A stretch of 64,000 bases of DNA from Octopus sinensis (lineage: Eukaryota): contig NC_043002.1 of the NCBI RefSeq assembly GCF_006345805.1, forward strand, positions 64,294,001 to 64,358,000, given 5' to 3'. The position numbers and the translations under genes were made by a program. Shown in pieces: positions 10,844 to 23,353 of the stretch; the first letter of the stretch is position 1, and each line of letters starts with the position of its first letter. The notes below the pieces were generated by a model. That model was not told the origin of the DNA. It saw nothing but the letters and a program-made list of their open reading frames with translations, and ran no database searches.

Positions 10844-11577
10844 TTATATATATAAAACTGAGAATGTGTGTCTGTCTGCCTGTCTGTTGTCTGTGTGTTT
10901 CCCTAAAACTTAAGAACTACACAACCAATTTGATTCAAATTTTACACATGCCTTACTTAGGTTCCATCTAGTTTCCTGGGCAAAAATGTTCAACTTCTTG
11001 CCTAGAGCGAGCCAATATATAATATAATATCATATCTTCTCCACTACTTCATTATTACGTGTTAAAAGTGAGACAAAAATATTTCTCTATTTTATGTCAG
11101 ATGCTTTCACTTTAACAATAAAAATAATAATAACAATTGGATTATATGTAGTAAGTAATAATCAAAATCAAACTAAAGTATAATATAATCGTAACATAAC
11201 AAAAGTAAAAATAGCAATTGGTATAAAATTGCATCAATGACTTGAACTTGAATAAGTGGTTTCACATGAATGGGAATAAATTAAAAATAAAATTAGCGTG
11301 CAGAAATGGAATAGTCCAGATGGATAATAAAAAATTAAATTAAAGAAAAGACTATTGCCTATTAAGTATAGAATGTAGAGAAAAAAAAGACCTAACAATT
11401 CCAGTCTGTTATATATTTTGAGTATTGTTATCTCTAGCGGTATCAATTTGTATTTTGCATTTTATGTTTAGATGTATATATATATATATAGATGTACATG
11501 TAATATGTACACATATATATACACATATATACATGCATTAGCACTATGACCCGGCAACGACGGGTCTTTATTGCTAG
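10841..11577 (+). mobile_element. Non-autonomous Helitron
   Basis: Starts A|TC, ends with hairpin gacccggcaacgacgggtc then CTAG|T at 11574-11578. Confidence 0.8.
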
Positions 11578-11738
11578 TATATATATATATTTATATCTAT
11601 AAACAATATATATTTATGCATGTTATTCATAATACAGACTCAGACATACACACGAACATACATACCTATATAAATACACACACAAGCTACTTACCACACA
11701 GCCACACTGCACCCAATAATATTTAATATATACATATA

Positions 11739-11795
<57 letters not shown>

Positions 11796-11802
11796 ATATA
11801 TA

Positions 11803-11870
<68 letters not shown>

Positions 11871-12079
11871 AATATATATATATATATATTAATATATATT
11901 GGTGGCAGAAGTGGGTGTGTGGTAGTAGCTTCGTTCTGAGTACTCTCCCACTGCGTGGTAGCTTCGGCTAGTGTCTTCTACTATAGCCTGGGCTGTCCAA
12001 ATCCTTGTGAGTGGAGTTAGTAGAGGCAAACTGAAAGAAGCTCGCCGTATATATGTATATACACATATATATATATATA

Positions 12080-12127
<48 letters not shown>

Positions 12128-12181
12128 GTGAATGGAAGAAATGGAGTTGAACGAAGATTGTACAGAATTCATTTTATTACA

Positions 12182-12261
12182 TTCTACACATGTTTCAAAG
12201 GCCACAATTTTCCAAATTCTGATTAAATAAGGATACCATATTGCAGCTTTCTCTTCAGGAA
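12182..12261 (-). ncRNA. Type I hammerhead, left arm
   Basis: Reverse complement of 12433-12512. Confidence 0.65.
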
Positions 12262-12432
12262 AAACCAGGAATTACGTTGTCAGAACAAAACAAAGCAATT
12301 CGAACGAGGACGCTCCTTAAGAGCCATGGGTAAAATCTCCATTTTACCCATGGGCTCTTAAGGAGCGTCCTCGTTCGAATTGCTTTGCTGCGCCTTTGTT
12401 TTGTTTTGTTCTGACAACGTAATTCCTGGTTT

Positions 12433-12512
12433 TTCCTGAAGAGAAAGCTGCAATATGGTATCCTTATTTAATCAGAATTTGGAAAATTGTGGCCTTTGAA
12501 ACATGTGTAGAA
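12433..12512 (+). ncRNA. Type I hammerhead, right arm
   Basis: uuc-CUGAAGA-g-aaagcugcaau...auuguggccuuu-GAAAC-augu-GUA-gaa; stem I only 3 bp. Confidence 0.65.
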
Positions 12513-12724
12513 TGTAATAAAAGGAATTCTGTACAATCTTCGTTCAACTCCATTTCTTCCATTCACTAATTATATTAAACTTCAATTATCCGTACCAACG
12601 CACGGTTGCAACACCATATGGTCATATCTCCAACCGTGTTTTTTCTGCTGTGATTTTTGCTACCCAGGTATCGGTTAAACTTTTGAATAATCCGTAACAA
12701 GATAATTCATATTTCCATTTCAAC

Positions 12725-12789
<65 letters not shown>

Positions 12790-14018
12790 TATATATATAT
12801 AATATATATATATATATATAGATATATATATATATAATATATATATATCTGTATGTATGTGTGTATATATTTGTGCGTCTGTCTTTGTCCCCCCCTCAAC
12901 ATCGCTAGGCAACCGATGCTGCTGTGCTTGCGTCCCCGTAACTCAGCAATTCTGGTAAAGAGAACGATAAAATAAAGTACTAGACTTTCAAAGAATAACT
13001 CTTGAGGCCGATTTGCTCGACTAAAGGCGGTGCTCCAGCATGGTCATAGTCAAATGACTGAAACAAGTAAAAGAGTAAAGAATATATATATATATATATA
13101 TAATTTATTTATTTATATATGCATACATTTTTATGTATATATGTGTGTGTGTATACATACATACACACACACACACATATATATACATATGCGTGCGTGT
13201 GTGTGTGTATTCATATTTGTATATCATGTCGATGTGTATACAGTGATGTCTAGAAAATTAAACAGGATAGCATGCGACTTGTTTTAGTATTTATTTTAAT
13301 GTGTGTTTACATACAAGTAGGCATTTTTTAATTTCTTGTGTTTTAATTCTACACTACACCCTACAGAGTTTATGGTAGAACAAATCTAACTCTTTCTATG
13401 GTTGATTGCCCAGCTATGAAAACAAGTCTCCTCCACAATCACAAAATCACCTTTCGACATTTTGTCTGAAAAATACAACATTAAATTCCATAGAATCCTA
13501 CAGTATACAGTAACAATGATAGCAATGGAGAATCCATTTTTATATGAATCGCCTATTTGTTTTTTGTTGCTTTTTAAAAAAGGAAATCAATATTAAAACT
13601 CATTATTTTAAATTTTCTATTTGATCTTTTTCCTTATTATTACATTGCTGAAGTAGATAAAAAATATATTTTTCATGCAGATATATTTTTAGAATCATTA
13701 TTGCGTCTGATTATGACCTCTCATATATGACGTTCATCTTGGTTTGAAAACTAAGAAGCATAAAATTTTCCATCACACGCACAAACGCACACACTTGCAG
13801 AATATACACTCGCGTACACAGACGAACACTTATATTTACATGCACAGCCATACATTATATAGGCACGTATGTACACACACACACACACACACACTAACAT
13901 ACACACAGTGATAGAAAGGGATAGAGCGAGAAGGGCTGAAGTGATGTGGAGAAAGATATAAGTTTGATAGCTAGCTATATATAGAATAATAATGGCTTGA
14001 TATAAAATCGTTATGTAT

Positions 14019-14083
<65 letters not shown>

Positions 14084-16218
14084 AATATAATATATATATA
14101 TATATGTATATGCATATTTATGTTCTCTCTCAGTGGTTGAGTGTATAGCTATTAGCGTGTGCTGCTGTGTGTATATTTGTACATGAATCTTTATGCCTGT
14201 TTCTAAGTTTAGTTATGTGGAGTCGTTTTTTGCTCTGTGGAAAACTTTTGAAAAAAGATGCGGCTCGTAGAACAATTTTTTCTCGTTATGCATCTATTTC
14301 TAACCGATAAATCGAACTTTGTTTTTCAGTTATAAAAAATCAGACACCATATTGACTCAGAATGAACTTTCTGAACATGTTTTGCTCTACTTGTTTAGTT
14401 GTTTTTTTTTTTCTTTTTTCTTTTTTTTTTGTAACCTCATTTTTGGGCAAAGTTGTATTGATACATAGAGTGTCTTACTTAACTCCGGCACTGCTTAGAA
14501 ATAGAATTGCGATATGTCGCTTGTGTTCATTGCAAAGTAAAGAAATCCTTTCTGCGATACAGTTTATCACGCAGACCCAAAATACCTGTTAGGGTGCATC
14601 TCGATCTTGTGCTATTATTTAGAACCCTTTTATATCTAATCACAGCCATTCTACAACCGGTAATGTCCAGTTGGGATGACATAATTTCCGAAAACAACAT
14701 TCTTTGCTACTTAACAGTGATGGCGTATCCATTATGAGTGAATCGACCTAGAACTTCGACTTGATTACACTTCTGTAGCTTGGAGCATGATAAAACCTTC
14801 TGTTCTTTTAAATTAGTTTTTACATTAGACATGGCCTCCTAACATGTACTTTACTCAGTTGCTAGAGGTGCTTTCCATTTATTACGTATAATAGGAAAAA
14901 TTAAACTGTAACTCTCACATGACATGCGTGTTTCTGCTCTGGAGCTTATATGTTTAAACAATTGTACGTCGTATTGTCCCGCGGAAAATTGTATTTATAA
15001 GAGTTTACGTTTTCCGAAATTCGGATTTTAGTCGCTATTTACACCTTCAATCGGATCTGATACGTATTTTTCAGTACACCGATTTCTCTCAGCTCCCGAC
15101 ATTTGCGTTCTTATGTCACTTTAACAAACTGCTGCAAGTAGAGAAATAGGAACATTTATATTTATTGTTCCAATTGGAAAAGAACTATTTCTCTCTCACA
15201 AGAGAGTACTCTTTCTCTTGAAAACAGAAACTATATGAAAGAGAGTTTAGCCTCCGAGATAAATTCGAGTGTGTATGAAGGCGCAGTTCACTGAAATAAT
15301 AATATACTAAGTTTCAATAAAGAAATTTCAATAAAATATGGAGTATTTTAAAAACTTTTTATTTAATATGTTCATCATAACCGGTTTTTTAATTATGGAA
15401 AATTTATACAAATTTTGTAAGCATGATTCACAACCTGACAATCTTTGTAATGATATACGGAAGATGGGAGGAGAGTTTAGGTGATAGAAAGTGTAAGCAA
15501 AACTGGTTCCCCAGTATTTGGCAACTCGTTTGGAGGAGAATGTGGATGTCTGATCAAAGGTGTTTGAAGCACTTGATACCAATCAAAACAATTATTTTCC
15601 AAACCGTTGACAGAGGATAAAATCTGAGCTCATCAGCCAGAAGCATCAAGATCTTCGAGTCTAAAACAAACTGCTGTCTTTCTGTATACTTTGCAGGGAA
15701 CCAAGTGATTGCTAATCAATGCTTATATTTATCAACCAATAAAATAGCCTTATTTACCCTGCATTGCAAATATGGATTATTTCTTTACGTATTTATTCTT
15801 CATAGATTCAGATAGGTTTTGATAAACAGTATGGTGGTCGCTGTACTGTATATGTGTTGATATATGTTTACTATTTTTGAGGGCGTTGGATTTTAGGACT
15901 GTTAGAATTCAGTATAAAATCATCAACTTTTAGTTTATATTCATTTTCTTGGCAAAACCTAACGTCTCATAGATTTCAAAAATTACCAGCCAACCCCCAA
16001 TTATATACAGATTTGATATATTATCTGGTCTCCACTACATTATTTTCATCCTTAATTGTAATCATATATAATTGACCAGGCTTCTAAATGCATCAGAAAC
16101 CCGTGTTGAAGAAAATTATATAATTCATGGAAATCATACATGGATACAAAACATATTTAGCAAATACAGGTTTATGTTGCCTTGAAAGTATTTATGTACC
16201 ATTATACTGTTACTGCAA

Positions 16219-16455
16219 GGGCGGCGAGCTGACAGAATCGGTAGCATGACGGGTGATATGCTTATCGGTATTTTGTCTGCCGTTACGTTCTGAGTTCAGA
16301 TTCCGCCAAGGACGACTTTGCCTTTCATCCTTTCGGAATCTATTAAATAAGCACCAGTTATGCACTGGGATCGATGTAATCGACTTAATCCCTCTCTCCG
16401 TCCTTGTTTGTCTCCACTATACCTAGCCCCTCCCATCTGTGGGCAATAAAGAAAT
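16219..16455 (+). mobile_element. Family 1 SINE
   Basis: ggcggcgagctgacagaatcggtagc...gttctgagttcagattccgcc...gcaataaagaaat. Confidence 0.85.
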
Positions 16456-17567
16456 AATTATACTGTTACCGCAGAAAGATATATTGTTTTTAAAACGTAA
16501 GCTATTAATTCAGTTTTCACAGACACAACTGTGTACAATTTCACCTGTAGCAATTGCAAATTTCCTAATGAACTCGTTGAATAACAACCATAAAATTGGA
16601 GTATTCTAAGCGCAGTTATTATTTTTTACGGCTTTACTGTCTAGTCTTGCTAATTTACTTAGCGCCCAGATGAAAATTTTACAACCATAAACTATTTATT
16701 TCATCCGAAAAATAGTGCTCGTTATTTCTTTCAGATTTTTATTCCATTTTTTTTCTACTTTTATTTCTATGGTAATATTTTATGCGCCCATAAAATTTGT
16801 TTTCAAATGTTTCTTCCATTTCTGTATTTGTCATACTGAATATTACTTTGATTTTAGAGCAATTACATCTTTTCATAAATACGAACTCTCTAACATCGCT
16901 TTATTTTAATCGATTATAATGCTGGAGCACAGCAGTTACCACGTCGTAGAAAATGCACTATGACGTAATGAAGCGTAATTCAAGGGAAAATGTATACTTG
17001 ACCAAGCCTTGCCCTGATCATCAGGCAATATGTAGCATACAACACTATAATCTTCGATTTTACTGCTCTCTGGTTATTCATGGTACACAGCCCTATGAAC
17101 GTAACACCCCAGTACTGCTGAACACATACCAGCTACAGACCCCGAATACAACTAGACTCGCTACCTCTTGTGTACGACAACACACCACTGGGCAATGTCC
17201 GATTGTATGGACATGATTTAGCATACAAGAATTGTATATTGGTTGTTATAACATGTTCCTTTAAAAGATGTGGGAATCATAAATATAAATCCCCTTTCCA
17301 AATTTTAAATGGTTTGCAGTGTTAGCTACAACAGCAATTTTTAAGTTTGAAAGACGTGAAGTTTATATACGAAAGCAATGCGTCATCCATGTACCGAAGT
17401 TAGGTAATTTGCTGATAGCGCATGTACGCCGAATATTTTCCAGTATGGAAATGTGTCAAGACTTTTTAACCCATGCCCTTTTATATTATGCCGCCGTAGT
17501 CTTTAAATTTTTTTTTAACGCTAGTTGATATCTTATGTCATTGTATAATATAGAACATCTTTCTGAA

Positions 17568-17677
17568 TACGCCATATGCCCACGGGCATATGGCGTAGTG
17601 GTTAAGTGTGTGGGTTACTAAACCCAAGATTCCGAGTTCGATTACAGGTAGTGACCTGAATAATAATAATAATAATA
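17568..17677 (+). mobile_element. Partial double-headed tRNA-head/(AAT)n element
   Basis: tacgccatatgccc-ac-gggcatatggcgta inversion centre, A box TGGCGTAGTGG, B box GTTCGATT, then (AAT)n. Confidence 0.8.
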
Positions 17678-17816
17678 GCATCCAATTCACCGGAAATATA
17701 GCCCTGTATATGTAATTGTCATACAGCGTTGCAATCAATATGTTTTCTCTCTTTTTATGCAGATGATTAAAAATTTACAAAAATAGCAAATAATTCTCGG
17801 AACATTCAGAAAGATA

Positions 17817-17908
17817 CGTTATTTACCTTTGACGGATATTTGTCCTCATCTTGTTCGTTGTCAACACAACGTCTCGGCTGATATACCCTCCAGCCGTCAT
17901 CAGGTGTC
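17817..17908 (-). ncRNA. Hammerhead-bearing 3' module of the same element (core at 17863-17908 has GAGAC)
   Basis: gacac-CUGAUGA-c-ggcug...cagcc-GAGAC-GUU-guguu, then ...gaggacaaauauccgucaa...aaauaa tail. Confidence 0.7.
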
Positions 17909-18026
17909 GAAAGGATGAAAAGCTAAGTCGACCTCGGCGGAATTTAAAATTCGAACGTAGAGGCAGACGAAATACGGCTGCGTATTTTGCCCGGCGTGCT
18001 AACCTTTCTGCTAGCTCGCCGCCTTG
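17909..18026 (-). mobile_element. Family 1 SINE 5' part
   Basis: Minus strand ggcggcgagctagcagaaaggttagcacgccggg. Confidence 0.8.
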
Positions 18027-18039
18027 TTGCAAAGAATAT

Positions 18040-18164
18040 TGCAACAACAAACATCGTCACCGCAGATACCACCGCCGTCACAGCTACCAGCACCACCACC
18101 ACCACTACTACTGCTTCTTCTTCTTCTTCTTCTTCTTCTTCTTCTTCTTCTTCTTCTTCTTCTT

Positions 18165-18199
<35 letters not shown>

Positions 18200-18250
18200 G
18201 CTGCTGCAACTACTGCTACTGCTACTACTACTACTACTACTACTTAATTT
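18040..18250. repeat. Mosaic trinucleotide tract (CAC/TAC/TTC/TGC)
   Basis: Successive runs of related triplets; accounts for the homopolymeric ORFs here. Confidence 0.95.
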
Positions 18251-19731
18251 AGTATTACAACTGCTATTGTTGCTGATAGAAACGCTGCTCTTTTACTGGT
18301 ATTAGTATTTAAAATATTGTGCTAATGCACTGAATTATTGTTTTTATCGTTGTTGTTGCTATTATTAATATATTATTATTATTACTGTTATTACTATCAT
18401 TACATCATTATTATTAACGTAATATTTATGATTACGCTGCATTTTTGTTCTCTGTTGTAAAGCAATTTTCTAAATGTATTCTTGCATTCTAGCTATTTTA
18501 AAATTCAATTTAAAACAATAGTTTGCGATTCTTAAGTTTTTTTCTTAATCAATTTATTTATCCATGGTATTCAGTTCAGATTCCATTTACTTATTTATTT
18601 CTCAACATCAACAAATTATGAGTTCTGCATTGGTTTTATTTTTCTATATATTTCTAATTATTTTTCATTATATTCTATATACATTTACACATTTGAGAAA
18701 TTTTATCCATTTTAAGTCTTCACGTCTGTGATTATATTGTATTTATTTTCACGCTTTGTTTTAACTTGATGTCCAAATTGTGTTTATTAATAAGTTATCG
18801 ATTTTGATTTATGACGATTTTTTTCTCCACGTATAACAAACTCAGTCTTGGAATATTTGTATTTATACACACAAGCACTCAAAACACACAAACGCACAAA
18901 ATGTCATCACTGTGTATGTATATATGTAGGTACGTATGTATATATGTATGCGTGTATGTATCTTTTTGTGGTTGTGCTTGTTTGTGAGTGTATGTGTATG
19001 GGTGTGTGTGCCTGCCTTTGAATTATGCTTTTGGAATAGTTCAATACTGCAAAGATTATTACATTAATATCACATACACAACATATGTGAGTTGTTTAGA
19101 CGTCAGGTGCTTCGCTTTTTTTTTCTCCAGGAAACATTCTTTTCAAGACATATCGTGTAAAGGACTCGGTACACTTTGGAGTTAGGTGAAACGAAATCGT
19201 ACCGGAAGTGAAAAAAGAGCAGCGGACACCAGTATACTGCAGTATTTCGCAGCTTTCCAGTACCACGCACTCGGTATCACGTCATGAAGAAAATTGGAAA
19301 TTTATATTTACTTCAGCTTATTGAAGTAAATATGAAGAGAGTAAAAACAATTTTGGGGAATTGTGAGTGCGTAGCGCACGTACAATTAATTCAAATTGCT
19401 CATTAGAATCAATTCTATAATATAAACATGGATTTCCTATACTCAACATAAGGTACTGACCTATAAATACGTGTGTGTGTGTGTGGGTGTATGTGTGTTT
19501 GTGTGTGCGTATTCCAGAGTAAGCACATAAATGAAAAAGAAGGTGGAAAAATAGTACTCGAATACCAGAGGCAGAGTAATATGCTTAAAAAGCAGCAAAG
19601 GTATCACAAAAACTCTTACTCGGTTTCACGTTTCCGTTCGTGGGACAGTTTTGTTTAAGCGGAAAGCTGAAATTCTGAGTAACAATTTTTGTAACATTTT
19701 TGCTGATTTTTAATAAAGTATATATATATAT

Positions 19732-19774
<43 letters not shown>

Positions 19775-20259
19775 TGAGATAGAGAGATTGATAGATACAA
19801 AAAGCACATTATCTGAATGACTGACAAGGGAGATAATCCACTTCAGTGCCTAGAAACACTTAGATCACATTGATTTTGTATTTATATTAATGAATTTCAG
19901 TGAGAAAAGTTTAACAAGTGAAACCAATGTTACATAGGTAATCGTTTTTATTTCGTATATTTTCATTTGTCTTGCTTATTTTTACATTTTGGTTTTTTGC
20001 TGAGATTTTTCTTGAGAACATATCCTTCGTGGTAATGGCGATTTGACGCCTATGTTTAGCATATAGGCTGTCCACCTTTAGTGGGCAGTCCTCTAAATTT
20101 AGTATGTAAAACAATTTTTAATATATGCTCTTTCTCTCTCTCTCTCTCCCTCCCTCTCTCTCTCTCTCTCCTGTTGGTCACACGTGATCATCGTCCATGT
20201 CTTTTCTTCACGTGACCATCTGCCCTTTCCGAAACGGACGTTTAAAAGAACGGACTTGT

Positions 20260-20310
<51 letters not shown>

Positions 20311-20536
20311 TCTCTCCCTCTCTCTCTTCTCTCTTTTCTCTTTTAAAGAAAAAATATTTCTCCCACCGTTCAATATTTTTCGCTTGTTCTGGTCTTACCA
20401 CCCTCCGTATTTTCGTTCGATTTCCTTTTGTGTCATTTTTATAGTTCTATATTTAAGAGATGAAAAATTATGTACTATTATTTACAAAATTTGCATTATT
20501 TACATTCGATGGATATGTGTCCTCATCGTGTTTGTT

Positions 20537-20582
20537 AACACAACGTTTCGGCTGATATACCCACCAACCTTCTTCACATGTC
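20537..20582 (-). ncRNA. Minimal hammerhead (C3G)
   Basis: gacau-GUGAAGA-a-gguug...cagcc-GAAAC-GUU-guguu. Confidence 0.6.
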
Positions 20583-20640
20583 TTGGGGAAATTTCGAACC
20601 TGGGTTCTCATTGTTGTTATTATTGTTATTATTGTTATTA

Positions 20641-20738
<98 letters not shown>

Positions 20739-21028
20739 ATTATTATTTTTATTATTATTATTATTATTATTCACGTCACTGACTGGAATCGATCTCGGAA
20801 TCTATGAGTTAGTAGCCTGCGCTCTTAACCACTACGCCTTAAGCCCTCGGGCATATGGCGTAGTGGTTAAGAGTGCGGGCTCCTAACCCCGTCATCCCCA
20901 GTTCGATTCGAAGAAATAACCTGAACAACAGCAGCAGCAACAACAACATCATCAACAACAATAATAATAATAATAATTACATCGAAAAATACCTGAGGAA
21001 TGAGAAGCCAGATTCGAAATTTCCCCAT

Positions 21029-21072
21029 GGCACCCGAAGAACGCTGGAGGGTATATCAGCCGATACGTTGAT
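21029..21072 (+). ncRNA. Degenerate minimal hammerhead
   Basis: ggcac-CCGAAGA-acgcug...cagcc-GAUAC-GUU-g. Confidence 0.5.
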
Positions 21073-22164
21073 GATGAGGACAAATATCCGTCAAATGTAA
21101 ATAATGTCACTTTTTGTTACTAAAATTTGACCCTCTATAAATCCTAAATTTTATTTTAGAATTTATGGGAGCAACTGTTTTGAAGACCTACATTTTCGTT
21201 GATTGCTTGAAATGAGGAGTAGATAGAGCTTTCTCTTGTGTTTACTTGTCCTGCTTCCGATTTTTTCTCGTTATTTACGTACTTCATTCGGTTTTCCCTC
21301 GTTTGTTTACGTATTTCATGTTATTTGCACCGTTACTGACATCATGTACCCATATATCATTTGGTGTACAGAATAGAGTAGGTGAATACGTTCTATATCT
21401 CTTTGTAAGGAATGCAACCGAAACTTATGTAATTATTTTTCTTCCATATATTGAGATCCCTTATCTCCAGTCACGTTTAACATTTCTTCCCATTACATAT
21501 TTTCGAAATAAAGTTCCACGAAACGCGAAGGAATTCTTACTCAAACATGCGGAGGATAGTTTGTGGTCTCATGAGGACAGTTCCTCCAAAAGAAAAAGAA
21601 CATGTTGTTCGTTGGTAGGAGATGGGGAAAGATCGAAGTGTTTAAATATTATCGATTCACTTTATAAATGTAAAGCGAATGCACCATAATGAAAAGAGAA
21701 AAAGTGTGAAGCAAAATATAAGATACACTATTAAGCGGAATTTGCAAGATAAATGAAATTGTAAAGTGCTAAGTGCAGAAGTCGCAATGGAAAATAAGCA
21801 AAACAATTTATACAAGTAATCAAGTACAGCATAAGTTAGATTTCCCGTACACTACCATTAACCAAGCAGCTTCCAGTTAATCGACCACTTTAGTTAGTAA
21901 GACTTCCTGAGAAGTGTTACTAGTTATGATATACGAGGGATATGCAGCGAAAAATAAAGAGAAACACAATTAGTAATTTTCAGACACTATAGATGATTCA
22001 ACAACACTGATATTTCGAATTCAGCAGTGGATGATTTAAGTAAATTTGAATGCTTGACCGTAAGTAAGAAATATAACGTGAACACATTGGAACATTCATG
22101 GCTGATTTCGAAACAACGGTAAGACAAGCATAGTACCTAACTATTTTCGTCGCATGTGTGCTTT

Positions 22165-22223
<59 letters not shown>

Positions 22224-22269
22224 GAGTGAGCGAGAGATACATAGATATTTACTTGTATGCACCGACGCT

Positions 22270-22595
22270 TAAACATTTCTTTTTAAGCCTTGTACTTATT
22301 CTACCGTTCTCTTTTGCCGAACTGCTAAATGACAGGGACGAAAACACTCCAGCATCGGTTGTAAAGCAATGCTAGGGGGTTAAACACAGTCACACAATCA
22401 TATACACACGCATATATATATATACATATATACGAAGGGCTTCTTTGAGTTTCCATCTACCAAATCCACTCACAAGTCTTTCGTCGGCCCGATGCTATAG
22501 TAGAAGACACTTGCACAAGGTGCCACGCAGTGGGACTGAAACCGGAGCCATGTGGTTGGTAAGCAAGATACTTACCACACAGCCACTCCTGCGCC
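22270..22595 (-). mobile_element. Family 2 SINE
   Basis: Homology to 2450-2897. Confidence 0.85.
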
Positions 22596-22597
22596 TA

Positions 22598-22638
<41 letters not shown>

Positions 22639-22749
22639 ATAAACACGTACCCACATGTATATATATATATGTATATACACACATATATATATATATATAA
22701 TATACATACAAACACACACACACACAGACACACACACACACACACACAC

Positions 22750-22803
<54 letters not shown>

Positions 22804-23353
22804 CATGTATCTGAATATAGCTGTGTACCTCCAAGAAAATCATAGTCGTATACTTATGTACAGATATACATACTTATCCCCAATACTATCTTGTATATAT
22901 TACAATATAGGCTGTTTCTCGCTTTCCTTCACGAGCTCAATTCATCAGATTATTCAAAAACCTTTGTTCATTTCAACAGGAACGAAAGCAATGAAATTAA
23001 AACAACAGATTTTTCCAGATAATGTTGCTCACGGAATTTTTAAAACCAACATCATTTGTAATACTGAGGTGCAATCCAAGTCATCCACCTTGGTACAGAC
23101 TGTATATATAAAATAATGCAGATTAAACCACAGTAGACCTTCCAGGAGTTTTAATATTTTCGCTTCTGCAACTTATGGTTGGTTTTAAAAGTGGCGATTG
23201 TGAGAAATAAGAGATTCCTATGAGCACAATTGAATTTTAATAGATAATGCTTACTTTGTTGACATTTTCTTTTCATAATAGAAAACAACCACAACATATG
23301 GCAGGAAGTCGGCTAAGATGTCATTACCTAACTTGCGAATGCAAATAATATAA

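Larger units (their letters stand above)
12119..12574. repeat. ~455-bp near-perfect palindrome of a PLE-like pLTR module, centre about 12338
   Basis: ccatgggtaaaat-ctcc-attttacccatgg centre; arms differ by one ~14-nt indel and a few single-base changes. Confidence 0.97.
11901..13081 (+). mobile_element. Family 2 SINE whose internal (TA)n hosts nested insertions
   Basis: Head 11901-12050 and tail 12860-13081 flank the 12119-12574 palindrome and a further ~165-bp insert. Confidence 0.8.
20494..21106. mobile_element. Complete double-headed palindromic element: [tail-hammerhead-(ATT)n-tRNA head] <-> [tRNA head-(AAC/AAT)n-hammerhead-tail]
   Basis: Centre gccc-tc-gggc at 20843-20852; hammerheads at 20537-20582 (-) and 21029-21072 (+); both ends finish in tgtaaataatg. 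Confidence 0.85.

Noticed and set aside
11683-11940. Inverted SINE heads either side of (TA)n, like 2865/3455
   Set aside because: The two heads are quite diverged, so independent insertions explain it equally well.
14440-14600. Cys-rich remnant reminiscent of a piggyBac C-terminus
   Set aside because: Too degraded; no TTAA/TIR or catalytic domain seen.
21246-21689. 147-aa plus-strand ORF
   Set aside because: Non-ATG start, no recognisable domain, compositionally unremarkable.
22900-23130. HELNSSDY motif resembling a Tc1/mariner third-Asp region
   Set aside because: Single short motif without supporting TIRs or other motifs.
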